Positions 33,084-43,254 of a stretch of 64,000 bases of DNA are shown here, piece by piece. Position numbers and translations under genes: made by a program. This stretch comes from an uncultured Phycisphaerales bacterium (GTDB lineage: Bacteria; Planctomycetota; Phycisphaerae; Tepidisphaerales; Tepidisphaeraceae): NCBI GenBank assembly GCA_963755915.1, contig CAVWLP010000002.1, positions 3,936,001 to 4,000,000 on the forward strand, given 5' to 3'. Numbering within the stretch: the first letter of the stretch is position 1; every line of letters starts with the position of its first letter. Below the pieces are notes generated by a model. That model was not told where the DNA came from. It ran no database searches and worked only from the letters and a program-made list of their open reading frames with translations.

Positions 33084-34440
33084 TGTATAGACCGGAGACA
33101 TGGGTAACAGGTCTCTCAGGACATAGGTAACACATTTCATTTTGGGTATCACGGCCAAAAAGGAGGCCGATGCCCTGGAAGGAATGTGTGACGAACGAAG
33201 TTCGCGGTGAGTTTGTGCAACTGGCTATGCGGGCGGATGCTAACCTGGCAGCGCTTTGCCGACGGTTCGGAATCAGCCGGCGCTGTGGTTACAAATGGCT
33301 CCGGCGTTATCGTGCCGAGGGTCAGGCGGGATTGTTGGATCGTTCGCGTCGCCCGCACGCCAGTCCCGCACAGGTGGACGGCCGGATGAGGCAGGCGGTT
33401 GTGAGGCTTCGCATGAAGCATCCGGTGTGGGGAGGCCGCAAGCTGAGGAAGCTGCTGGAGAATCAGGGTCGGGATCCGGCGACGTTGCCTGCGGTGAGCA
33501 CGATCGGGCGTATTTTATTTCGCGGTGGACTGATCGATCCGGCTCGATCATCACAGCACCGGGCGTTTCAACGCTTTGAGCACGATCAGCCCAATGACCT
33601 TTGGCAGATGGACTTCAAGGGACATTTCGCCTTGGGCAACGGGCGGCGTTGCCATGCCCTGACGGTGCTGGATGATCACTCACGTTATTGTCTTTGCCTG
33701 CAGGCATGCACGGGTGAGACCGAGCAGGATGTGAAGCCCGCATTGGTGCGACTATTCCAGCAAAATGGCCTGCCGCTGAGGATTTTGTGCGACAACGGTC
33801 CTCCGTGGGGCACCTGGCATGGGCAGGAACGGCAAGGGTACACGCGTTTGGGTCTGTGGCTGTTGCGTCAGAACGTGGGAGTATGTCACGGCCGTCCGCG
33901 TCACCCGCAAACACAAGGCAAGGACGAGCGTCTGCATCGAACGCTTAAAGAGGAGCTGCTGATGCGTCAGCCGCTGGCCAATATGGCTGATGCCCAGAAG
34001 CATTTCGACCCCTGGCGTGAGCAGTACAATTGCGTGCGTCCCCACGAGGCGTTGGGTCTGGCGGTTCCGGCCAGCCGCTACGGCAAAAGTCCTCGGGCTT
34101 ACGAGCCTGATCTCAAGGTGGAGTACCTTGCCGGTGACCAGGTGAGAAAGGTGGATCGCAATGGGCTGTTCGCCTTCCGGAGCATCGAGTGGCGTTTGGG
34201 CATTGCCTTTGCGGGCGAGACGGTAGCGATTCGGTTGACCGCGGCGGATGGAATAATGGCCGTGGTCTATGCCAGACAAACAGTGGCGGGCGTCAATCTG
34301 AAGGAAATCAGCCGAGGCCGTCGGCGAGTTGTGTGCTGTGCCGAGCCTCCGGTCGCTGCGCTCCCTCCGGCTCGGCACAGCACACAAAAAGTGTTACCTA
34401 TGTCCTGAGAGAGGTGTTATCTATGTCCTGGAACAAAACA
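33084..34440 (+). mobile_element. IS481-family insertion sequence
   Basis: TGT...ACA ends; duplicated subterminal GACAT(G/A)GGTAACA boxes inverted at the right end; flanks AGGCT / AGCCT. Confidence 0.9.
33170..34408 (+). CDS. IS481-family DDE transposase
   Basis: MPWKE, HTH, WQMDFKG, DDHSR, DNG.PW and PQTQGK.ER. Confidence 0.95.
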   Translation: MPWKECVTNEVRGEFVQLAMRADANLAALCRRFGISRRCGYKWLRRYRAEGQAGLLDRSRRPHASPAQVDGRMRQAVVRLRMKHPVWGGRKLRKLLENQGRDPATLPAVSTIGRILFRGGLIDPARSSQHRAFQRFEHDQPNDLWQMDFKGHFALGNGRRCHALTVLDDHSRYCLCLQACTGETEQDVKPALVRLFQQNGLPLRILCDNGPPWGTWHGQERQGYTRLGLWLLRQNVGVCHGRPRHPQTQGKDERLHRTLKEELLMRQPLANMADAQKHFDPWREQYNCVRPHEALGLAVPASRYGKSPRAYEPDLKVEYLAGDQVRKVDRNGLFAFRSIEWRLGIAFAGETVAIRLTAADGIMAVVYARQTVAGVNLKEISRGRRRVVCCAEPPVAALPPARHSTQKVLPMS

Positions 34441-34484
34441 AGCCTCAGGGTCGAAGACTGGTTTCTGGTTTCGGAATTCTGGTT

Positions 34485-35809
34485 TTAATGCAGCAGCGAT
34501 TTCTTGAATTCCAGCATCAGTCGCCTCGCATCGGCGTCAGTGAGCACGCCCTGCACGTAAGAAATCACCAGATTGAAATGCCCCGCGAACCAGGTCATGC
34601 AAATATTCAGGCCCGGGGGAGAGAAGGCGATGGGTTTGTGAGTCAGGTTTGACACGGGCATGCCCATGAACGAGTCGCCGGCGAACCCGGTTTCGCGCAG
34701 ACATGCGAAATAGAAGGTACAAAACCGGCCGCTGAACAGCGCATTCATCAACCGGCTGCCGATCCAGTGGGGGCAGATTCTTCCCAAAGCCCCCGCGTCC
34801 TCCATGACGAAAGGAATCTGGCTGCGCATCTGGTCAAACAATTGATCGCGCAAATCGACGGCGATTTCATTCGCGGGCCGGGAATCGTCCTGCGCGGTAG
34901 AGAAAGCCATCAGCGAGAAGTGGTTGAAGAGAAGCTTTTCCCATTCCTGTCCCGGCAGGCGATTGGTGGTGGAGGTGAAGATGAGACACTGCTCCCCGCT
35001 CTGCGGAAAACAGGGGACGACCTGCCGCATGGCGGCGATGGCCCGTGCAGCGGCCGATGGCAGGACGACCGGCACGCCGATCTCCTCCGCGGCGCGGCGG
35101 GCGAGCGCCGCCGATTCTTCTGCCGTCAACGAGTCGTGAACGAAATGGATTCGCCGGCGCAAGCCCGGCGCCGGGATATTCAAACCGCAAACGCTTTTTT
35201 CGTTAAGACCAAAGAGATACCGGTTCAGTGTCTGACCGGACTTAAGTCGCCGCGGCCAATGGTCCAGGTGCGCCGGCTCAGTGGTTTTGATTTTCGGGAG
35301 GACTTCCTCGAGCTGTTTTTTCCACGCGAGGTCCATCAGCCGGAACATCCCCTCGGCCCCAAAGGCGTCGAGAAGTCGATGATCGAAAACGAGCCCGATG
35401 CGAGAGCGACGGCTGCCGATTCGCACCAGCAGACAACGAAGATGCTGCCAGCGCGAATCGAAGGGAGCGTTGATGTGATCGTCGAAGAGGCGCTCGGAGT
35501 CGGCCCCCTTGTCTTCGGCAAGCTCGCAAATTCGCAGCGGAATTTCGGCCGATTTACCGGTCTTCCAGTAGGGGGCAAGATTGCTCCAGTCGCGGGCGAC
35601 CCGGCCGTCGATAAGCGGGATCCGCTGCGAAATCTGCTTCATCGCCGCCCGCAGATCGGTTTCATCGACTCGCCCCTCGACGTCGAGGATGGCCTGCGAA
35701 AAACCCCCCAGCCCGATCGTATTTTTGCGCTGTGATCCAGCGCCCCGACGATCCAGTCGATTCCCGTCAGATATCTTCGGTTTGCGGAATAGGAGAGGGA
35801 AAAGCTCAA
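34485..35809 (-). CDS. Free-standing condensation-domain-like / CoA-dependent acyltransferase; frameshift at homopolymer 35704-35709
   Basis: FDHRLLDAFG (HxxxDG-like). Adding one base joins the TTG at 35809 (overlapping the ACP stop) to ORF 34485..35642. Confidence 0.7.
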
Positions 35810-36066
35810 GAAGCGCGCCTCGCCAGGATCACCGCCGCCAGGTTGACGACCGATTTGGTGTCGTCCGGCTTGAGGCCCTGCTTCATGAGGTTCACGCCGA
35901 ACCTTTTCTCGATCGCCAGCAGCAGCGAAACGAACCGCAGGGAATCCATTCCCAGCGAAGGCAGGTGCGTTTGCGTGGTCACGCTGCCGGCCTTGAGCGA
36001 CATCAGCGTCTGAATCTCGGTGCAAAGCTGCTGCTGAACAGTCTCGGCGGAAAGGGCCTCTGGCAT
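35806..36066 (-). CDS. Acyl carrier protein
   Basis: LGMDSLRFV. Confidence 0.9.
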   Translation of the reverse strand: MPEALSAETVQQQLCTEIQTLMSLKAGSVTTQTHLPSLGMDSLRFVSLLLAIEKRFGVNLMKQGLKPDDTKSVVNLAAVILARRAS

Positions 36067-36995
36067 TATTGGGTTCTCCCGGGTCGTTTAATCAGCATCG
36101 AAGCCGATGAATTGCATGATGTGCGGAAGGTGAGGGCGGTGTCAAATGTGGATTCGATGGATGCGAGGGTGAGCAGTGCGCCAAGGGTTTGGAAGGCGGA
36201 ATTTGAAGCCGTGTGGCCGAAATAGGGGGTGAATGTCGCTCTAGCCCCGGCGGGTGGAAACGGCTGAGGGAAGATCATGGGATGATCGGTGATCAGGAGA
36301 TCGGGGATGACCGCTTGCGGGTCCGCATTGATGGTCGCGAGGGCGGGAATGGTTTGGGGTCCCAGTGTCAGGAAGACTGCCCCTTCACCGAGACCAAAAC
36401 CCCCTCCCTGATTCTCCTGCGTAGAAGGGAGCAGTCGCGGCGCACATTCGATCAGGACTTTGCCCAATTCTTCAACCGCTCCAACAATCACGCGATCGCA
36501 AGTCTTTTCGCTCAACCACGACTGTGCCAGGAGAACAGCCTGTTCGAATCCAAAGCAGAAATCCGTGGTTGAGAGCGACGGCCCACGGAGGTCGAGCAGC
36601 CCGGCGATGTACGAGGCGGCCGCGCCGTGCACGGAATGCGAGAAATCGGTCGGCAGCGCCTCGGCATCGCCGCAATCGAGAATGCCGTCGAGGAATTTGA
36701 ACCCCCGTCCGTGCGGCCCCAGGCCCGAAGTGACGATCAGCCCGACCCGGTCCATCGCTTCGGGCGGCAAAACATTTTTCCACGCGTCAATGGCCGCGAG
36801 CGCCGCCATTTTTACGAACCGATCGGCGCGCCGCAAACTTTTGGAGGTCGCCGGGTCCGCAAGAAGTTGGTCATCCACCGCAAAGATTTCGGCAAATTGA
36901 GGAGGAGCGGAAAGACGCTGACCGATAGTGGTCAGATCGCGGCCCAGTGGCGTAATCGCCCCGATGCCCAGGATGCCGGCCGGTGCGACGCTCAC
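36066..36995 (-). CDS. KS chain-length-factor-like protein
   Basis: LRRADRFVKMA and PTDFSHSVH; lacks the catalytic Cys. Confidence 0.8.
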   Translation of the reverse strand: MSVAPAGILGIGAITPLGRDLTTIGQRLSAPPQFAEIFAVDDQLLADPATSKSLRRADRFVKMAALAAIDAWKNVLPPEAMDRVGLIVTSGLGPHGRGFKFLDGILDCGDAEALPTDFSHSVHGAAASYIAGLLDLRGPSLSTTDFCFGFEQAVLLAQSWLSEKTCDRVIVGAVEELGKVLIECAPRLLPSTQENQGGGFGLGEGAVFLTLGPQTIPALATINADPQAVIPDLLITDHPMIFPQPFPPAGARATFTPYFGHTASNSAFQTLGALLTLASIESTFDTALTFRTSCNSSASMLIKRPGRTQ

Positions 36996-38172
36996 GCGTG
37001 CCTCCGGATCAGCACCGCCGAATTGTTCCCGCCAAAGGCCAGCGACGTCGACATCGCATATTCCCCCGAAATCGCGGTTCGGCGAGCCACCGGAGCAATC
37101 GCAATATCGTCGGCTTTGTTCGCGAATCCCGCGCTTTTGGGGATCCATTTTCGCGCAGACCTATCACCGTAAACCCAGCTTCCAGCCCGCCGGCGGCGCC
37201 AAGCGTGTGCCCGGTGTACCCCTTGGTGGAGAGAAACTGAACGCCGGACCCGAAGATTCTTTCCAGCACTTTTCCCTCGGCCCGATCATTGTCGGCGGTG
37301 GCGGTCCCGTGGGCGTTGATGAAAGAAACCTTATCGGGAGCAATTTCCCCTTGCCCGAGGGCCGTCTGAATGGCCGAAGCCAGCCCCCTCCCATCCGGAT
37401 GGGGAGCGGTGAGATGATGCGCATCGCACACAGCGCCAAAGCCGGCGAGCTGGAACGCCCGCTTTCCCCCGCGCCGGCGTGAATATTCATCCGATTCAAG
37501 GATCAGGATTCCCGCCCCTTCCCCGAGATTCAAACCCGCCCGGTCGCGGTCGAACGGGGCGCAGGGCTGCGCACTTGTGACGCCCAGCGACCAGAACCCC
37601 GCCACGGCCACGCGATTCAGCTCATCCGCGCCGCCGGCAATCACAACATCGCAAAGACCGGCGTCAATCCAGTGTTTCCCCGCCCCCAGCGCGTCCGTAC
37701 CCGACGAGCAGGCGTTGACGATCGTCAATCGGGGCCCGGAGACTTGAAGGAGATCCCCTATCGCGTGCGCGAGGTTGGCACTCAAATAGTCGAGGATCGG
37801 GTCCAAGGCGGGATTCTGGTTCCTTCGATAGGCGTCGTAGAAGGGGATGTTGTTCAACTGGCTCGCGACGGTGGTGCCAATGGCGACGCCCACTCGCATA
37901 TCACTCGAAAATGACTCAATACCAGCCTCCCCCAACGCCTCGCGCACAGCCTTCATCGCCAGACGCAGCGTCCGCGATTGATTGCACCGGCCGGGGAGGG
38001 CAGGCAAATCCGCCTTAACCTGAAACGTCGGGCAGGAAATCGCCGCTTCAAAGGGCAATTTTTCCGATGGGCTCCTGACACCCTCCGAAAACGAGGCGAG
38101 AGTTCGGTTAGCGTTTTCCCCGGCGGCACAGACAACGCCTATTCCCGCGATCCAGACGGGTGATCGCTTCAT
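36992..38172 (-). CDS. Beta-ketoacyl synthase (active); frameshift near 37148
   Basis: NACSSG, NAHGTAT and KGYTGHT; restored C-terminus STSLAFGGNNS. Confidence 0.9.
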
Positions 38173-38177
38173 GGTAG

Positions 38178-38454
38178 GAGCCTCTAACAAAGTGGCAATG
38201 GCCTCACGATGGGCCCGAAAAGGCCCGAATGCGAGGCGGAGACCCGACGGAGTATTCTAAATGGATACACGGAGGGTCGACAACGAAGCAGGCGGGCCTT
38301 TTCCGGCCCATCCCGGCGCGCGGGACACAGAATCGACTCCTCTGCGTCGGCGCAACGGCTCGAGGGGTCGCTTGGACCCGGTTCTCACCATTGCTTCTAG
38401 CATATAAGTCGATTCTGTGCCGTCGTGAGGCCATTGCCACTTTGTTAGAGGCTC
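38178..38454. mobile_element. Non-autonomous MITE, 277 bp, 35-bp TIRs
   Basis: GAGCCTCTAACAAAGTGGCAATGGCCTCACGA(T/C)GG at both ends, inverted; no credible ORF. Confidence 0.85.
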
Positions 38455-38459
38455 GAGAC

Positions 38460-38744
38460 TCATTTGGTGGCGTTGGCCAAAACGTAAGGGGCGAGCGTAT
38501 TGATAGACTGGAAGATGTCCCGCCCCTTTTGCATCGCCTTAACGTCGAGCCCGTATTGCCGGCGGAGCAGGACGACAATTTCGACTCCATCAAGGGAATC
38601 GAGCCCCACACCGCCGTCGCCGAAGAGGTTCATGTCGTCGCGGATGTCTTCGGGCTTAAGCTCTTCAAGTGATAGGTTTTCAACAAAGAGTTGTTTAAGT
38701 TCCTGCTTGATCTCGTCCAGCGATCGAATTTTAACAGGTTCCAA
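38460..38744 (-). CDS. Acyl carrier protein
   Basis: LFGDGGVGLDSLDGVEI (APE-type ACP). Confidence 0.9.
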   Translation of the reverse strand: MEPVKIRSLDEIKQELKQLFVENLSLEELKPEDIRDDMNLFGDGGVGLDSLDGVEIVVLLRRQYGLDVKAMQKGRDIFQSINTLAPYVLANATK

Positions 38745-38806
38745 GGCGGCGATATTCCTTTCGATATGACGGGGGGGAGTTTAAAAGAGCGCACGGTGGG
38801 AAGCAA

Positions 38807-38884
38807 GAGTTGCGTGTTGCCAGTTGCGAGTTGCGAGCAAGGCAAAGATTCAACTCGCAACTCGCAACTCGAAACTCGCAACTC
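38807..38884. repeat. Heptamer (GTTGCGA/TCGCAAC) inverted repeat
   Basis: Related single arms occur at about 21411-21441 and 46506-46545. Confidence 0.8.
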
Positions 38885-38920
38885 TACTGGCCTATAGTTT
38901 GCTGAAGGAGAAAAATACCT

Positions 38921-39889
38921 ATGAATAACCAGGCGACATTCGCGGCCGGCTGTTTCTGGGGGGTGGAGGCGACCTTTGCCAAGATTCCAGGGGTGACTGG
39001 CACCCAGGTAGGTTATGTCGGTGGCACCACGAAAAACCCCACCTACGAAGACGTCTGCATGCGCGAGACGGGGCACGCCGAGGCCGTGCAGGTGACGTTT
39101 GACCCAACCAAGGTCAGCTTTGCCGAATTGCTCGACGCCTTCTGGAGCCTGCACGATCCGACGACGCCAAACCGGCAGGGTCCGGACGTGGGGTCGCAAT
39201 ACCGCTCGGCGATTTTTTATCACGATGCCGAGCAGGAGCGGATCGCCCGCGAGTCGCTGAAGGAAGTCGAGCAGATGAAGGTCTTCCGGCGGCCGATCGT
39301 GACCGAGATCGTGCCGGCAGAGAAATTTTATCCCGCGGAAAAGTACCACCAGCAATATTTCCGCAAGCAGGGGAGAGAGGATAGCTGCCATATCGGCGTG
39401 GCGACGGTGCATACCAAACTCGCGGAGGAAGCAGCAAAGGAGCGTGGGGGGGCACACGGCGGACAGGCCCCCGCCGCCTGCGAGGACGCCTGCGGCGTCG
39501 ACCACTGGCAGGTGCCCGATGAGGAGCTGCGCAAGCGGCTCACGCCCGAGCAATATGCCATCGCCCGCCAGGCCGGGACCGAGCGGGCATTCAGCGGAAA
39601 ATATTGGAACGAGCATCGCACCGGCACCTACCGCTGCGCCGTCTGCGGGCAGGAGCTTTTCAATTCCGATACCAAGTTTGAATCGGGGACCGGGTGGCCG
39701 AGCTTTTATGCCCCGGTAACGGCGAAGGCCGTGGAGGAGCATGCGGATAATTCGCATGGGATGCGAAGGGTGGAAGTCCTCTGCTCGCGGTGTCACTCGC
39801 ACCTCGGCCATGTGTTTGATGATGGTCCGCGACCGACCGGTCAGAGGTTTTGCATGAATTCGGCGGTGTTGGATTTTCGGCCGAAGTGA
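38921..39889 (+). CDS. msrAB: Bifunctional methionine sulfoxide reductase MsrA-MsrB
   Basis: [36 protein letters not shown] and RFCMNS. Confidence 0.97.
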   Translation: MNNQATFAAGCFWGVEATFAKIPGVTGTQVGYVGGTTKNPTYEDVCMRETGHAEAVQVTFDPTKVSFAELLDAFWSLHDPTTPNRQGPDVGSQYRSAIFYHDAEQERIARESLKEVEQMKVFRRPIVTEIVPAEKFYPAEKYHQQYFRKQGREDSCHIGVATVHTKLAEEAAKERGGAHGGQAPAACEDACGVDHWQVPDEELRKRLTPEQYAIARQAGTERAFSGKYWNEHRTGTYRCAVCGQELFNSDTKFESGTGWPSFYAPVTAKAVEEHADNSHGMRRVEVLCSRCHSHLGHVFDDGPRPTGQRFCMNSAVLDFRPK

Positions 39890-40203
39890 TCGGAAAAAAT
39901 TTCTGCCCGAACCCTTCAATACAAAACTGGACAGTCGGTAGTGGCCTACTCTGACATAACCGAATCTTGGTCGGTTAGGGGTTTTTCACACCATGGCAGT
40001 AGAATAGGAATCGTGACCACAAAATATATCCTATATACCCTCGTTTGGTTCCTTTTCGCTTTGGGGGGGCTGGTATATGGGATAATGCTGTCATGGGGCG
40101 CAAAACCGGCCAATTGAGGGCGCGCCAAAACCGGCCATTTTGAGGCACAGGAGATTGGGTTATCGACCTTGGCTTTCGGCGGTTGCCGCAAGCCAATGGT
40201 GGG

Positions 40204-42005
40204 ATGGCCAATCAACTCAAGATGGCGGAAGTACAAGCAATTTTGGCACTTGCGCAGCGGCTGGTCCAATCGGAACATCGCCCGCCAACTCGGCGTTCAC
40301 CGGGAGACCGTTGGACGCCACATCCGGTTGTCGGGCGGCGATCCTGCGGCGCCCGGATCGGATTCAAAACCGGCCAGCGCGCCCCTCGGCTCGACGGTGC
40401 TCGCCGCAGGCGGCTCGACGGTGCTCGCCGCAGGCGGCTCGACGGTGCTCGCCGCAGGCGGCTCGACGGTGCTCGCCGCAGGCGGCTCGACGGTGCTCGC
40501 CGCAGGCGGCTCGACGGTGCTCGCCGCAGGCGGCTCGACGGTGCTCGCCGCAGGCGGCTCGACGGTGCTCGCCGCAGGCGGCTCGGAGAGCGCGCCCACC
40601 GGGTTATCCGGCGCGCCCATCGGGTCGGTCAGTACGGCATCGCCCTGGCGTGAGGTCATTGTTCAGAAGTTGGAAGCCGGGCTGACGGCCCAGCGGATTT
40701 ATCAAGACATCTCCAGCGATCACGGCTATGCCGGCAGCTATTACAGCGTGCGCCGGTTCATCAAGAAGCTCTCGGCTGCCGCGCCGGCGCCCTTTCGCCG
40801 GATGGAATGCGAGCCGGGAGCCGAGGCGCAGGTGGACTTCGGCCGGGGTGCGCCCTGGTCGGTCCTGACGGCAAACGCAAAGCAACCTGGGTCTTCCGCA
40901 TTGTGCTGAGCCACAGCCGCAAGGGGTACGCCGAGGCGGTGGAGCGGCAGACGACCGATGATTTTCTGCGTTGTCTGGAAAATGCCTTTACGCACTTCGG
41001 CGGGATGCCGTCAGCGCTGGTGATCGACAATCTTCGCGCGGCGGTGACGCGGGCGGACTGGTTCGAGGCGGAGTTGTGTCCCAAGGTCCGGTCGTTCGCC
41101 GAACATTATGGAATCGCCATTCTGCCCACCAAGCCGTACACGCCGCGGCACAAGGGGAAGATCGAGCGGGGCATCGGCTATGTGAAGAGCAATGCTCTCA
41201 AAGGCCGGCAATTCGCCTCGCTCTCGGATCAGAACGCGCATCTGCTGACGTGGGAGAAGAGCGTGGCCGACACGCGCATCCACGGCACGACGCGGCGGCA
41301 GGTGAAGGAAGTCTTCGAGCAGGTAGAGAAGCCGGCACTGTTGGCTCTGCCGCCGGTGCGATTCGATCTTTTCACCGAGGCGTTGCGCAGTGTTCACCGC
41401 GACGGGCACGTGGAGATCAAGGGGGCGTACTATTCGGTCCCGCCGGAGTTTTTGGGCCAGCGGGTCTGGGCGCGGTGGAACGGCGCACGGTCCGGCTGTT
41501 CGATCAGAAGATGCGTGCGATCGCTCTGCACGCGCAGCGTCCGCCGGGCAGGTTCTCGACGCAAGACGCCCATATCCTGCCGGAGAAGATCAGCGGCATC
41601 GAGCGTGGAACGACCTGGCTTCTCCAGCGGATCGAATGCATCGGGCCGCACGCCACGCAGTGGGCGCAGTCAATGCTTCAGCATCGCGGCATCGAAGGCG
41701 TGCGCGTGTTGATGGGGCTGCTGTCGCTGGCCAATCAGCAGCCGCGACCGGCCGTGGAACGAGCCTGCGAGATTGCTCTGGGGCATGGCGCGTATCACCT
41801 GCGCTCCCTGCGGCAGCTCATCGAACACCAAAACGGCGCGCCGGTTCAACAACACTTCGAGTTTGTTCAGGAACATCCAATCATCCGCGGACTGGCCGAT
41901 TACGGACAGTTCGTACGCGACGCAATCACCCAAGCGGAGGCTTTGCCTGCCGCACAACCTTTACAGGCCTGCCCTGAGCAGAGCCGAAGGGAGTCCACCC
42001 CATGA
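40204..42005 (+). CDS. istA: IS21 transposase IstA; about three frameshifts
   Basis: HTH (IARQLGVHRETV), PG.EAQVDFG, IDNLRAAV and KGKIER. Confidence 0.9.
40388..40585 (+). repeat. Perfect 24-bp tandem repeat x8 (GGCTCGACGGTGCTCGCCGCAGGC) inside istA
   Basis: Read directly; encodes (GSTVLAAG)8. Confidence 0.95.
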
Positions 42006-42892
42006 GACCTTCGTTGATGCAGACGCTCAAGCAACTTCGGCTTTCAGGTCTGGCGAGCAGCCTTGAAGTTCGCCTGAGCGAGGCGGCCGGCAATCGGCTC
42101 GACCACAGTGAGTTTTTGGAACTGATCCTTCAGGATGAACTGAACGTCCGATCCAGCCGGCAGATCGGCCGGCGCGTCAAGGCGGCGATGTTCCGCGACA
42201 CCAAAAACCTCGACGAGTTCGACTTCTCCTTCAACACCTCCATCAAACGCAAACAGATTCACGATCTGGCCGCCGGCCAGTTCATTCGTGACAAACGTGA
42301 CGTGCTCTTGCTGGGTCCGCCCGGCGTGGGCAAATCGTTTTTGGCCCAGGCCATCGGACACCAGGCGATCAAGAGCGGCTTGGTGGTCCTGTACCGATCC
42401 ATCTTCGACCTGGCCCGCGACTTTTTAGGCGACGAGGATCTGGGAGCCCAGGACAAGACGCTGGCCCGGTATCTCAAGCCTGATCTGCTTATCATCGACG
42501 ACATGGGAATGAAGCAGCTTCCGCGGCGCAGCGGCGAATGCCTGCTGGAGATCGTCATGCGCCGGCACGAGAACCGCTCGACGATGATGACCAGCAACCG
42601 TCCACTGGAGGACTGGGCCAAGCTGATCGGCGACGTGCCGGCGGCCACGGCCATTCTGGATCGGTTCCTGCAGCACGCCACGATCATCAACATCACCGGC
42701 AAGAGCTACCGCCTTCGGCATGGGGGCCATTCGACTTCGCTCACGGCAGGCCAATCCGGGACACCGGAAAAGACAAATCCAAAAGGACGGCGGAGTACCG
42801 CCGGCGATGAAGGGTGCTCCCCCCCGGAAGACACCGTGACAGAGCCGCCGTTGTCTTCTGATGTGGGGGTATCCGCCGGCCAGACGGCGTGA
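42002..42892 (+). CDS. istB: IS21 helper ATPase IstB
   Basis: GPPGVGKS, LLIIDDMG, TSNRP and AILDR. Confidence 0.95.
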   Translation: MRPSLMQTLKQLRLSGLASSLEVRLSEAAGNRLDHSEFLELILQDELNVRSSRQIGRRVKAAMFRDTKNLDEFDFSFNTSIKRKQIHDLAAGQFIRDKRDVLLLGPPGVGKSFLAQAIGHQAIKSGLVVLYRSIFDLARDFLGDEDLGAQDKTLARYLKPDLLIIDDMGMKQLPRRSGECLLEIVMRRHENRSTMMTSNRPLEDWAKLIGDVPAATAILDRFLQHATIINITGKSYRLRHGGHSTSLTAGQSGTPEKTNPKGRRSTAGDEGCSPPEDTVTEPPLSSDVGVSAGQTA

Positions 42893-43254
42893 ACGGGGAC
42901 CAATAACTCAAGGAACAGTTGCGTCGGATAGAACGGATGCGGTATAGAATACGTCAGCACATTGGCCGGTTTTGAAGCGCCCCGCCCTGGCTGGTTTTGG
43001 CGCACCCCGTGACATAATGCCTCGCGGCGACGACAATCCCCAACTTGATGAATTTTATCGTTCTGGTAAGGGAAAGCGTCTCGGCCTGATTGCGATGACG
43101 GCAGGCATCGGTGGTATTACATACGGAATCCTGAAAATCGCTGGGACCAATGTTGATGGCTGGATTCAGTATCTATGCCGCCCCCATCCGTGAAGCAGGA
43201 TGATATCACTTTTGGTTCATTCTCCCCGCTGCGCGAAATGCGCGGGATTCTGGG

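Larger units (their letters stand above)
40089..43014 (+). mobile_element. IS21-family insertion sequence
   Basis: TGTCA...TGACA ends, repeated CAAAACCGGCCA boxes, and 6-bp TSD TAATGC (40083-40088, 43015-43020). Confidence 0.95.
40013..43193 (+). pseudogene. 82-aa two-TM protein interrupted by IS21
   Basis: Removing the IS and one TAATGC gives an open frame: VTTKYILYTLVWFLFALGGLVYGIM-PRGDDNPQ...LCRPHP*. Confidence 0.7.

Noticed and set aside
39949-39980. Second Xer/att-like site (minus strand TAACCGACCAA-GATTCGG-TTATGTCAGAG) at the island's left edge
   Set aside because: Only a partial XerD-arm match and no partner copy; it could be a simple hairpin
40388-40585. CRISPR array
   Set aside because: Head-to-tail repeats with no spacers, in frame in istA, and no cas genes in the window
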